A DNA stretch of 64,000 bases from an uncultured delta proteobacterium. GTDB taxonomy: Bacteria; Desulfobacterota; DSM-4660; Desulfatiglandales; HGW-15. The position numbers were made by a program, and so were the translations under genes. Positions 31,809 to 41,387 of the stretch are shown here, one piece after another. Positions within the stretch are counted from its first letter, which is position 1, and each line of letters starts with the position of its first letter. Location: assembly GCA_963815145.1 (NCBI GenBank), contig CAWFFS010000027.1, forward strand, positions 448,751-512,750, in the 5' to 3' direction. The notes under the pieces were generated by a model. The model worked only from the letters and a program-made list of their open reading frames with translations, was not told the origin of the DNA and did no database searches.

Positions 31809-33974
31809 ATGCGAATGTGGAAATGGAAACAGTGGAAGACAAGTGTTTTATTAATATTAATTATGCTTTCAATTCCGGCTATTGCCATGGCCGAACAGAG
31901 GGATATGAGTGAAGCAATCCAGAAACATCTGACTTCGGAAGAAATTGCACTGGAAGAGATCGTTGTGACTGCTGATGCGGGAATCAACCAGATGGACACC
32001 AAAGTGGGTATCAAGAAAATCGAAAAGGGCAAAAACATAAATATACCGGATGTACTGAAATCCGAACCGGACATAGACCTGAAACGAAGGTCTCTGGTGG
32101 GTGATACGACCGACAGCCTTGCCATAAGAGGTTTTACGGGTAACCGCATTATGCTTGATATCAACGGCAGGCCGGTAAACGCTTCGGGTGTTGTTGGCGG
32201 TTATTATATCGACTGGAGTACGATCCCCCTTGATAACATAGAAAAAATAGAACTGATCCGGGGCGGAAGCTCAGTCAGGTATGGAAACAATGCCCTGGGC
32301 GGTGTTGTAAACGTGATTACAAAAAAGCCCACGGAAAAACCCACATTGACATTCTACGGAACCTACAGTGTCGGGGACGGTATTGATTCCATACAGAACT
32401 ATCGCCTGACCCACACCTATAAAATCGGCCCCTTGGGCTATTCCCTGGCTGGCAGCTACCAGAAGGCCGATCCTTTTCTCTGGAATAATGATTTTAAGGG
32501 TAAAGATTTTTCAGCTTTCTTCGATCTTGATATGCCCCTGGACGGAGAATTTACCTTCGGTTTTCAGTATGCCGATTCCGATCGGGGATTTATCCGGGAA
32601 AACAGGGTTTCAGATGATCCCGGTAATCCCGGCTTCTATCAAAAAAAGGACGATAACTATCCCCTTGCCTTCGGGGAGACCTTCAGCCCCTATTCGGGCA
32701 CTGCCTTTATTCCGGGGCCAGGGGCGAGATGGAATAAAACCAAATACTATTTTGACGCCGGTTATTCGCAGCCCATTGGTGACGCGTTCATTGATTTCAA
32801 GGTCTACAAAAATATTGAAGACCGGAAAGAGAAAAATTATTCATCCGCTGATATCAACCCGGCATACCAGGATGGCCAGCTTGTGCTGGACAGGGATGTG
32901 GCATCGGATCGCTCCTATGGCGGAAATATTGAACTTAAAAAGCCTTTTAGTGACCATGAACTGCTCCTGGGCGCTCAGCACAAGGTCCTTGCTTATGGAG
33001 ACATAACCACCAATTATATAGATATGACCTATAATAACGCCCCCTGGGTGACCATGGCGAGCCTTTCAAACAAGCCGTCATCCGAAGGTGTGACCTGGGG
33101 ATATTATATGCAGGACACCTGGACGCTTTCGGATCGTTTGACCCTGACCGGAGGACTCAGGTATGACGATTACAGGAACAGAGCCATCAACGGCAGCACA
33201 TCGCCTGAACTGAAAGACAATGCCCTCACTCCCAAGCTCACCGGTACTTATATTATAAACGACAAAGATACCATTACCGCCTCGGCATACCAGGCACTGA
33301 GGACACCGGGATTACCGGAAACCTACTGGTGGGCCAACGGAGCAACCAAAGGCAATCCTGTCCTGACGCCTGAAAAGAATAATGCAATAGAGCTTTTTTA
33401 CCGGCATAGATTCAACGGGTCAGGGCTTATAAGGCTGTCTTCCTATTATTATGATGTAAAGGACTATATCATATTCCGCTTCGACCCCACATGGCGAGGT
33501 GTATACAATATTGACAAGGCTGAGATCTACGGTGCATCTCTGGATGGCATGACAGTTTTCAATGACCGGCTTTCAGGAAGGGCATCCGTGACCTTTCAGA
33601 AATCAAAGAAGAAAGGGGATATGTACGATACTGCCGGCCTGTCGGATGAAATAGACTATCTGCCCGAATGGAAGGCCAGCGGAGGGCTTGATATTAACCT
33701 GCCAAGACGTTCTGCCCTGAATATTTCTCTAAAGTATGTAGGAGAACGCAGTGCAATCTATGCATACAGCAGTGGATATCCGGCACAGGAGTTCTTCAAA
33801 CGCGTTGAACTTGACTCCTACTTAACTGCGGATATCAACCTTAAAATCCCCGTCAGTAAACACGCGGAATTCAACTGTTACATAGAAAACCTTTTTAACA
33901 AAGAATACGAAGAGCAGTTTGGCTATCCCATGTCCGGCCGTATTATCGGCGCAGCATTTAAACTGTCAATATAA
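31809..33974 (+). CDS. TonB-dependent outer-membrane receptor
   Basis: Signal peptide, plug-domain motifs (IEKIELIRGGSSVRYGNNALGGVVNVITKKP) and a 22-strand-barrel-sized C-terminal region. Confidence 0.9.
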   Translation: MRMWKWKQWKTSVLLILIMLSIPAIAMAEQRDMSEAIQKHLTSEEIALEEIVVTADAGINQMDTKVGIKKIEKGKNINIPDVLKSEPDIDLKRRSLVGDTTDSLAIRGFTGNRIMLDINGRPVNASGVVGGYYIDWSTIPLDNIEKIELIRGGSSVRYGNNALGGVVNVITKKPTEKPTLTFYGTYSVGDGIDSIQNYRLTHTYKIGPLGYSLAGSYQKADPFLWNNDFKGKDFSAFFDLDMPLDGEFTFGFQYADSDRGFIRENRVSDDPGNPGFYQKKDDNYPLAFGETFSPYSGTAFIPGPGARWNKTKYYFDAGYSQPIGDAFIDFKVYKNIEDRKEKNYSSADINPAYQDGQLVLDRDVASDRSYGGNIELKKPFSDHELLLGAQHKVLAYGDITTNYIDMTYNNAPWVTMASLSNKPSSEGVTWGYYMQDTWTLSDRLTLTGGLRYDDYRNRAINGSTSPELKDNALTPKLTGTYIINDKDTITASAYQALRTPGLPETYWWANGATKGNPVLTPEKNNAIELFYRHRFNGSGLIRLSSYYYDVKDYIIFRFDPTWRGVYNIDKAEIYGASLDGMTVFNDRLSGRASVTFQKSKKKGDMYDTAGLSDEIDYLPEWKASGGLDINLPRRSALNISLKYVGERSAIYAYSSGYPAQEFFKRVELDSYLTADINLKIPVSKHAEFNCYIENLFNKEYEEQFGYPMSGRIIGAAFKLSI

Positions 33975-33989
33975 CAGGAGGTTTTCAAG

Positions 33990-34781
33990 ATGAGTGATAT
34001 ACATGGGACATATTTTCGGCAGGAAAAATACAACGCCTTCTGGAACAGAATGGCGCTTCATTATCCTGATCCCTTTAATTCAAAGACACTTTCGGATACC
34101 AGCGAAGTTCTTTCTGTTGTTAAAGGCAAAGGGGTGGAAATATACGGGGCAGCCATACTGGATATCGGGTGCGGTACAGGGACCTATACGCTGCCCCTTG
34201 CCAGGGATGCAGCAATGGTTACAGGGCTTGATGATTCCACTCGAATGATCGAACGCCTTACTGCTTCCATATCCAATTCCTGTTTACAGAATGTCCGCAC
34301 TGTAATGGCCTCATGGAAGGATATAGACATCTTGCAGGCGGGCTTTGAGAAGGCCTTTGATATCGTATGGGCTTCTATGACCCCTGCTGTGAGGACTCCG
34401 GAGGATTTCATAAAACTGGAGAAATGTTCAAAGAACTGGTGTGTTTATATAGGCTGGGGTGGAAAAAGAGAAGACAGCTTAATGAAAGAGGTATTTGATC
34501 TGCACGGTCTTAAGTTTGGTCCACCGCCGGGTGTGACGGAGGCGTACAATATCCTGCTGCAATCAGGGAAAACACCGACTCTTGATTATTTTGAAACCTC
34601 ATGGGACTGGACCGGAAGTGTCGATGAGGCAATGGAGTATATGGAGTTCTTTATCGAAATGCAGGGCGGAAATCCGGATCGTGGCTTGATTGAAACGGCT
34701 CTTGGCAGGCATGAACGGCAGGGCATGGTTTCACACACAACCTATGCAAAGGAAGGTATAATGGTATGGCAGGTACCATAA
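33990..34781 (+). CDS. Class I SAM-dependent methyltransferase
   Basis: Motif I ILDIGCGTGTYTLPLA and post-I VTGLDDS. 263 aa. Confidence 0.75.
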   Translation: MSDIHGTYFRQEKYNAFWNRMALHYPDPFNSKTLSDTSEVLSVVKGKGVEIYGAAILDIGCGTGTYTLPLARDAAMVTGLDDSTRMIERLTASISNSCLQNVRTVMASWKDIDILQAGFEKAFDIVWASMTPAVRTPEDFIKLEKCSKNWCVYIGWGGKREDSLMKEVFDLHGLKFGPPPGVTEAYNILLQSGKTPTLDYFETSWDWTGSVDEAMEYMEFFIEMQGGNPDRGLIETALGRHERQGMVSHTTYAKEGIMVWQVP

Positions 34782-34816
34782 GAACTGTCCATGTAGCTTT
34801 GGGATAAAATTCAGGG

Positions 34817-35860
34817 ATGACAGTGAAATATTTATTACATAAAACAGGCCATGGCACCATCACAGCAGCCTATCTGAAACAGGTAAGACACAAACTGTCT
34901 CTCCTGGGGTTGCTTATGTGTGTAATAGCACTTGTTTCGGTTTATGCGATTGCAGCGGGATCCTATTATATTCCATTTAGAGAGGTTATGAGTACTCTGA
35001 TTGGATTCAGTGATAATACCACTCGCGTGGTGATTACCAACATAAGGATGCCAAGGATTGTTGCGGCGCTTTTTTGCGGATGGGGTCTTTCTCTTTCCGG
35101 ATTGACCATACAGTCCCTTTTAAAAAATCCCCTCGGCTCTCCCATAACACTCGGCATAAGTCAGGGTGCTGCCTTCGGGGCTGCTGTTGCAATCGTTGTG
35201 TTTGGCGCAGGGATGGTCTCGGTAACTGCTTCAGCTTTTGCAGGAGGAATGTCTGCCACAATTATCATTCTTGCACTTGCAAAATTTAAACGGCTTTCTC
35301 CCCTTGCAATTATTCTGTCAGGCACTGCACTTCATTCCCTGTTTCTTTCGGGAACTTATTTGATTCAATATCTTGCAAATGAGGCCGATCTTGCCAGGGT
35401 AGTGTTCTGGAGCTTCGGAGATGTCGCCCGTTCAAGCTGGATGGAGATATGGATTATGGCAGGGGGTGTCTTTATTCTTTCCCTGTTTCTTGGAGCATTC
35501 AGGTGGGATCTGAACGCCCTTGCTTCGGGAGAAGAGACTGCAAAGGGGCTGGGAGTGAGGGTCGAACAAATAAGGTTATCCGGAATGTTTATTGCCACAC
35601 TTGTAGCTGCACTGGCAACGGCCTTTCATGGGATTATAGGATTTCTTGGGTTGATTGCTCCTCACATGGCAAGACGTATTGTAGGTGAAGATCATTCGAT
35701 TTTAATTCTCTTTTCTGCTGTTCTGGGTGCCCTGCTGCTCCTTGTGGCCGATACACTGGGGCGCGTGTTTATCGGCTCAGGGTCATTACCGGTTGGTGTG
35801 ATCACATCATTCTTAGGCGCACCAATGTTTCTTTTTCTTTTAGCCAGGGAGGTGAAATGA
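34817..35860 (+). CDS. FecCD/BtuC-family ABC transporter permease
   Basis: 347 aa, about 9-10 TM helices, typical Gly-rich FecCD C-terminus (GVITSFLGAPMFLFLL). Confidence 0.9.
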   Translation: MTVKYLLHKTGHGTITAAYLKQVRHKLSLLGLLMCVIALVSVYAIAAGSYYIPFREVMSTLIGFSDNTTRVVITNIRMPRIVAALFCGWGLSLSGLTIQSLLKNPLGSPITLGISQGAAFGAAVAIVVFGAGMVSVTASAFAGGMSATIIILALAKFKRLSPLAIILSGTALHSLFLSGTYLIQYLANEADLARVVFWSFGDVARSSWMEIWIMAGGVFILSLFLGAFRWDLNALASGEETAKGLGVRVEQIRLSGMFIATLVAALATAFHGIIGFLGLIAPHMARRIVGEDHSILILFSAVLGALLLLVADTLGRVFIGSGSLPVGVITSFLGAPMFLFLLAREVK

Positions 35861-36609
35861 ATCTTGAAGTGACAAATATCCGGTTCTCCTATAACGGTCA
35901 CCAGGTATTAACCGATGTTACATTTTCTATCGAACCGGGGCAGGTGGTATGTGTCCTTGGCGTAAACGGGGCTGGCAAATCCACCTTGCTTAAATGTCTT
36001 AACCGCATACTGAAGCCCCAAACAGGGGTTGTACTGGCTGATGGTGATGATTTATTCCATATGGGTTCCAACAGAATAGCCCGCCTTATGGGGTATGTCC
36101 CCCAGCGACACCCTGAAACACAATCTACAGTCTTTGAAACAGTACTTATGGGGAGGAAACCTTATATTCAATGGTCTCTCGGGCAGGAGGATTATGCCAT
36201 TGTAGAAGAGACTATAGAGCAGATGCATATAGCTCATCTGGCTATGCGAAAGGTTTGTGATCTGAGCGGAGGTGAAATCCAGAAGGTAATAATAGCCAGG
36301 GCTCTTGCTCAGTCACCGGAGGTCCTGCTCCTGGATGAACCTACAAGTAATCTTGACCTTAAAAACCAGCTTGAAGTCATGAGGCTGGTTCGCAGTGTGG
36401 TTAAATCGAAGGGGCTGTCCGCAGTCATTGCCATTCATGACCTGAATATCGCCCTGCGGTTTGCTGACAGCTTTGTCTTTTTAAAAGAAGGGCAGATCCA
36501 TGAAATATGCAAAAAGAACGAGTTGTGTCCTGAGATGATCCACCAGGTTTATGGTGTGGATGTGGCATTGAGTGAAGTAAACGGGCACACCCTTGTGGTT
36601 CCTTTATAA
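35857..36609 (+). CDS. ABC transporter ATP-binding protein (FecE/BtuD type)
   Basis: Walker A GVNGAGKST, signature LSGGEIQ, Walker B LLLDEPTSNLD. 4-nt overlap with the permease gene. Confidence 0.9.
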   Translation: MNLEVTNIRFSYNGHQVLTDVTFSIEPGQVVCVLGVNGAGKSTLLKCLNRILKPQTGVVLADGDDLFHMGSNRIARLMGYVPQRHPETQSTVFETVLMGRKPYIQWSLGQEDYAIVEETIEQMHIAHLAMRKVCDLSGGEIQKVIIARALAQSPEVLLLDEPTSNLDLKNQLEVMRLVRSVVKSKGLSAVIAIHDLNIALRFADSFVFLKEGQIHEICKKNELCPEMIHQVYGVDVALSEVNGHTLVVPL

Positions 36610-36633
36610 GAACACACTGCATGGAGAAGCATC

Positions 36634-37731
36634 ATGAAGAAGTTCATTATATTTGTATGTTGTTTCATTTTAGGCATCCCATTGATATCCGGTGCCGCTG
36701 CATCAATAGATGTAACCGATATGGCTGGCCGTCATGTGACAACCCAGGTTAATCCGGGCCGAATCCTGTGCCTGGGTCCGGGTACCTTGCGTCTTATCGT
36801 ATATCTTCAGGCAGAATCCAGGTTAGTGGGTGTCGAAGATATGGAAAAGATGAATCCGGGCGGAAGGCCATATTGGATTGCACATCCGGAGCTTCATAAA
36901 CTCCCCCGGTGCGGCCCCGGAGGACCGGCGGGTATAGGTAAAAAACCGGACCTGGAAACAGTTCTTTCATTAAGGCCGGATATTATATTTACCACCTATA
37001 TGGAAGGAACAATGGCCGATGATATACAGAAGACACTCGGTATTCCGGTAATTGTATTGAGTTATGGAGAATTTGCGACTTTCGATGAGACGGTCTACAA
37101 ATCATTGCTTGTCGCAGGCAGTATCCTGGACAGGGAAAAACGTGCCAGTGATGTTGTCGCATATATCGAATCCCTGAGAAAAGACATGCTGAACCGAACC
37201 AGCGAAGTACCTGATGGGGCAAGGCCATTAGTGTATGTGGGCGGCATAGGTTACAAGGGGTCATACGGCATAGAAAGTACAGAGCAGAGTTATATCCCCT
37301 TTAAATGGCTCAACGCGGATAATGTATCCGAGCGTGTTAAGGCCACCACAGGCAGCCACGTATTCATGGATAAGGAAATACTCTTAAAATTGAATCCCGA
37401 TGTCATATTCATCGATGGCGGCGGTATAGATCTGGTAAAAGATGATTTCAGAAAAAAGCCAGAATACTACCGCACCCTGCGCGCCTTTTCCCGGCAGCAG
37501 GTATATACCCTGTTGCCATTCAACTGGTATGCAACCAACATCGGGACTGCCCTGGCAGATGCCTATGCCATAGGCAGGATCATTTATCCGAAGCGATTTA
37601 AAGATATCGATCCGGAGATCATGGCTGATGAGATATATAAGTTTTTACTTGGGACGCCTGTGTATAAGGATATGAAAAAAGCTTATGGCACTATAGGGCA
37701 AAAAGCACAGTTTAAATCACTGACTAATTAA
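36634..37731 (+). CDS. Periplasmic substrate-binding protein, class 8 (FhuD/BtuF-like)
   Basis: Signal peptide, 365 aa. The pattern RILCLGPG..R..VYL and PDIIF/PDVIFIDGG is typical of siderophore/corrinoid-binding proteins. Confidence 0.75.
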   Translation: MKKFIIFVCCFILGIPLISGAAASIDVTDMAGRHVTTQVNPGRILCLGPGTLRLIVYLQAESRLVGVEDMEKMNPGGRPYWIAHPELHKLPRCGPGGPAGIGKKPDLETVLSLRPDIIFTTYMEGTMADDIQKTLGIPVIVLSYGEFATFDETVYKSLLVAGSILDREKRASDVVAYIESLRKDMLNRTSEVPDGARPLVYVGGIGYKGSYGIESTEQSYIPFKWLNADNVSERVKATTGSHVFMDKEILLKLNPDVIFIDGGGIDLVKDDFRKKPEYYRTLRAFSRQQVYTLLPFNWYATNIGTALADAYAIGRIIYPKRFKDIDPEIMADEIYKFLLGTPVYKDMKKAYGTIGQKAQFKSLTN

Positions 37732-37733
37732 TA

Positions 37734-38378
37734 ATGGAGGAAACTATCATGGATGCAAAACAAATAATGGAAGGCGATAAGTTTAAAAAATGCGCTGACT
37801 TTCACGGCCATATCTGCCCCGGTCTTTCAATAGGATACAGGGCTGCCGAAACTGCCATGGGATGGCTCAGGGAAAATCGTTCTGAGGATGAGGAGATCGT
37901 TGCCATTGTAGAGACTGACGCCTGTTCTGCTGATGCGGTACAGGTCCTTACCGGCTGCACATTTGGCAAGGGCAACTTTATTTATAAGGATTACGGAAAG
38001 ATGGTGCTTACTCTCATGAGCCGAAATAGCGGTCAGGGCGTTCGTGTGGCAATGAAGGCCGGGACCTTTTCTCCCGATGATATCCATCAAATGCTTCTCA
38101 GGAAGGTAATGAACGGGTCAGCCAGTGAGGAAGAAAGAAAGCAGTTTCAGGACCTCCATTTCAAACGGAGTTGTGACATTCTTGAGAAGCCTGAAGAAGA
38201 TCTGTTTACCATCAAGCCTGTTCAAATGGCACTGCCTTCAAAAGCACAGATAGCGCCATCCGAACCCTGTGCGCTTTGCGGGGAACCAACCATGCGCACA
38301 AAGCTGCAAGAATCTGTCCACGGCCTGATCTGTAGAGGTTGCGCGGAACAGTCTACAGCATGGTATAACACATTGTAA
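37734..38378 (+). CDS. FmdE-family protein with C-terminal Cys4 zinc ribbon
   Basis: FHGHICPGLSIGYRAA motif of the FmdE domain. C-terminal CALCGEP...CRGC. Confidence 0.75.
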   Translation: MEETIMDAKQIMEGDKFKKCADFHGHICPGLSIGYRAAETAMGWLRENRSEDEEIVAIVETDACSADAVQVLTGCTFGKGNFIYKDYGKMVLTLMSRNSGQGVRVAMKAGTFSPDDIHQMLLRKVMNGSASEEERKQFQDLHFKRSCDILEKPEEDLFTIKPVQMALPSKAQIAPSEPCALCGEPTMRTKLQESVHGLICRGCAEQSTAWYNTL

Positions 38379-38402
38379 AACTATTTTAGAGAGTGTAGTG
38401 AG

Positions 38403-38825
38403 TTGCCAAAACGAATTTGTATTATAGATGGACAGGGAGGTGGAATCGGAGCAGCTGTGATCCGGTCCATAAAGAGCAACTTTGAAGAATCAATTACGCT
38501 GATTGCTCTGGGTACAAACACCATAGCAAGCGCCAATATGTCGAAGGCTGGAGCCAACCTTGTTGCAACAGGTGAAAATTCCATATGCAGGACAGTGCCC
38601 GAAGCTGACATAATAATAGGTCCTGTGGGGATAGCATGGCCTAATGCCATGATGGGGGAGGTGACTACTGAAATTGCCGAGGCGGTTGTATCAAGCCCTG
38701 CATATAAAGTGTTACTGCCTTTCACTCAGGAGCCTGTTGAGATAATAGGCGTAGTAAAAGAACCACTACCCCACATGATTGAAAAAGCTGTAAACCTGAT
38801 TAAGGAGGTTTTAAAAAATGTGTGA
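38403..38825 (+). CDS. DUF3842-like protein
   Basis: The N-terminal IIDGQGGGIGAAVI motif and about 140 aa match my recollection of DUF3842. TTG start. Confidence 0.5.
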   Translation: MPKRICIIDGQGGGIGAAVIRSIKSNFEESITLIALGTNTIASANMSKAGANLVATGENSICRTVPEADIIIGPVGIAWPNAMMGEVTTEIAEAVVSSPAYKVLLPFTQEPVEIIGVVKEPLPHMIEKAVNLIKEVLKNV

Positions 38826-39006
38826 AGCAAACGCATATCTTATTAAAGACGGTGAGGAGATTCTTATAATGGAATCTGTAGACATGGTCACGCCTGAAGA
38901 AGAGGAGAGTTGGCATCTGGTAAATATTTTCGGCGAGCAGAAAGACGTAAAAGCCAAAATCAGGGAAATGAACCTGGTTGATCACAGAATCTTGTTTGAA
39001 GCGTAA
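38818..39006 (+). CDS. CooT-family small nickel-binding protein
   Basis: 62 aa beginning MCEANAYL. Cys2 is the Ni ligand in characterised CooT. Overlaps the upstream gene by 8 nt. Confidence 0.6.
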   Translation: MCEANAYLIKDGEEILIMESVDMVTPEEEESWHLVNIFGEQKDVKAKIREMNLVDHRILFEA

Positions 39007-39111
39007 TAAATCCAGGAATATATCTGCAGAAGCTGATTATTTTTGATTTCGGGGCGAAGTCCGAATAGTTTTTAAATATTTAACCATCATTTCATTGCAA
39101 TCTGAATAAAA

Positions 39112-39165
39112 GGCCACGAAGGTCTGTTGTATCAGTCATGATACACGCCCTTGCGGCCTTTTTTA
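39112..39165 (+). terminator. Terminator-like hairpin element, GCCACGAAGG family copy 2
   Basis: AAAAGGCCACGAAGG...CCUUGCGGCC followed by U6, with an inner stem GUAUCA / UGAUAC. Confidence 0.6.
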
Positions 39166-39192
39166 TGAACACCGATAAAAGGAAAACCATAC

Positions 39193-40179
39193 ATGGATAA
39201 AACCGAAGTCCTGCGCTCTATTAAGTATGACCTGGTAGAGTATATCCAGGCAAAGGTTTCGGTAGACTTTGGCAATGCCGGACAAATTCCCATTTCCTTT
39301 ATCTATAATAAAAAGACCTATGTAATCAAAGAAGTACTGGGCAGGTTTTTAAAGAGAGATGTTTTTTTATCCAACGGATTTCTGGTGACAGTCAATGATG
39401 GTGATGTTTTTTATATTTATTTCCATACCCGGAATTTTGCTCAACATATGCAAATATGTGAAGGAAACTGGATTTTATGTTTCAGGATACTTAATGACCA
39501 TGAGTTGATGGCTTTTTACAGGGAGGATCGAAAGGTGCTTTTAAATATGACAATGAAGATGCTCGTGGATTTCCACGGACATATTTGCCCTGATCTGGTT
39601 ATAGGTGCAAAACTCAGCGAGTATATCCAGCAACTGGTCTCTGAAACCAGTGGGTTGGATGTCGGTATATCGATTCTGGCACAGAATTGTACTTCTGCCA
39701 TTGATGCTATCCAGGTCCTGCTGGGTACAACCTTTGGAAACCAACGCCTGCAGGTCCTGGATTTTGGGAAACACATCTATTCCCGCTTAATCATCGATGC
39801 TGAAAAAAGTTACATGTTTTCCATGAGGAAGCAGTATTATGGCGATGAAGATGAATTCGAAAACCTGGAACAGAAGATTTTAAACAGCCAGATAACACTG
39901 GAGGAAGCAGTCAATTTTCAAAAATTAATGGACAGACGTATAGAGACGCTTTTTTCTCTGACACCTGCGGAGCTTTTTGGCTGTGACAGCATTGAAAGGG
40001 GACAGCCATTCTATGAAATACCAAGTATTTACCTGACATGCAGCGAGTGCGGACATCAGGTGGTAAAAAATCGATCAATAAATTACCACAATAAAATCTA
40101 TTGCGTCTCATGTTTTCAAGATGTCTGTAAAGAATGTAAACACTACAACGTTCAATGGAAGGAAAAAAACAATGGATAA
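39193..40179 (+). CDS. Fusion protein: unknown N-terminal domain (~115 aa), FmdE domain and C-terminal zinc ribbon
   Basis: FHGHICPDLVIGAKLSEY (FmdE motif). C-terminal CSECGH...CVSC...C.EC. Confidence 0.65.
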   Translation: MDKTEVLRSIKYDLVEYIQAKVSVDFGNAGQIPISFIYNKKTYVIKEVLGRFLKRDVFLSNGFLVTVNDGDVFYIYFHTRNFAQHMQICEGNWILCFRILNDHELMAFYREDRKVLLNMTMKMLVDFHGHICPDLVIGAKLSEYIQQLVSETSGLDVGISILAQNCTSAIDAIQVLLGTTFGNQRLQVLDFGKHIYSRLIIDAEKSYMFSMRKQYYGDEDEFENLEQKILNSQITLEEAVNFQKLMDRRIETLFSLTPAELFGCDSIERGQPFYEIPSIYLTCSECGHQVVKNRSINYHNKIYCVSCFQDVCKECKHYNVQWKEKNNG

Positions 40180-40375
40180 TAACACAAAGGCAAGGATACA
40201 GATTGAACACTGGCTGAAACACAACAATTCTCATATTCAGGAATATGAGGCTTTTGCCTCCTACCTTGAAAAAGCCGGAAAAGAGGAGAGTGCTTTGTAT
40301 ATCCGGGAAATGGCTACCCTGGTTATCCAAAGCAATGAAAAACTGGAAATGGCTCTTGAGAAACTGGTGGATTAA
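40172..40375 (+). CDS. Small helical protein with an H-x3-H-x3-H ladder
   Basis: 67 aa from ATG 40172, overlapping the upstream stop by 8 nt. The segment EHWLKHNNSH places His at i, i+4 and i+8. Confidence 0.4.
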   Translation: MDNNTKARIQIEHWLKHNNSHIQEYEAFASYLEKAGKEESALYIREMATLVIQSNEKLEMALEKLVD

Positions 40376-40397
40376 ATATGAGAGAGATTGTTTTGTC

Positions 40398-41387
40398 ATG
40401 AAGAGCGTTATTGTTACCGGTGGCGCGGGTTTTATCGGAAGCTGCTTTGTCCAGAAGCTCAACAAAGAAGAAATAGATGATATCCTTATTGTTGATGATC
40501 TAAAGGAAAGCGATAAATGGAAAAATCTTTCAGGCCTTCGTTTTTCAGATTACCTTCATAAAAACACATTTCTGGAAGCTGTCAATTCCGATAGTCTGAA
40601 ATTTGAACCCCAGGCTGTTGTATAGATGGGTGCATGTTCAGACACTACCGAAAATAACGCAGAGTATCTGATGGAAAACAATTACAGGTTCAGCAGTATA
40701 CTCGCAGAATGGACAGTAAATAGGGATATACGATTTCTCTATGCAAGCAGCGCCGCCACCTATGGCGGCGGTAAAAAAGGTTTTTCCGATGAAATTGACC
40801 TGTATTCGCTCCGCCCGCTCAATATGTACGGATACTCAAAACATCTTTTTGATCTCTATGCAGATCAGAGCGGGCTTCTTGATAAAATTATCGGCCTTAA
40901 ATATTTTAATGTTTTCGGACCGAATGAATACCACAAGGGTAAGATGGCAAGTGTAGTGTTTAAAGAATTTCACCAAATTAAAGAAACCGGACGAGTAAAT
41001 CTGTTCAAATCTCATCGTGATGATTACTACGATGGGGAACAGATGCGTGATTTTATTTATGTCAAGAATTGTGTAGATGTAATGTGGTGGCTCTTAATGT
41101 ATTCAAAAGCAAACGGGCTTTTCAACCTGGGCACAGGACGTGCCAGGTCGTGGAATGACCTCATAAATGCAGTTTTTTCAGCAATGGGACGAGAGCCCCA
41201 AATCAATTACATTGACATGCCACCAACAATCCGTGACAACTATCAGTATTTTACACAGGCTGATATGAGCAGACTCAGGAAAACAGGCTGTCCTCTGGAT
41301 TTTCGATCTTTGGAAGAATCGGTACAGGATTATATTGTGAACTATTTGCAGACCAATCAACCACAAATAAGCAAACCGGATAAATAG
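40398..41387 (+). pseudogene. hldD: ADP-L-glycero-D-manno-heptose 6-epimerase interrupted by an in-frame TAG at 40623..40625
   Basis: VTGGAGFIGS, GACSDTTE, LYASSAATYGG, YGYSK and NVFGPNE..KG.MASV are collinear with E. coli HldD. TAG aligns with the His of the FHEGAC motif. Confidence 0.8.

Noticed and set aside
40623-40625. Pyrrolysine or reassigned TAG in hldD
   Set aside because: TAG is used as the ordinary stop of several clearly complete genes in this window (qrcA, qrcB, qrcD, lepB, PFOR). No pyl genes or methylamine methyltransferases are present. A nonsense mutation or base-call error is more likely.
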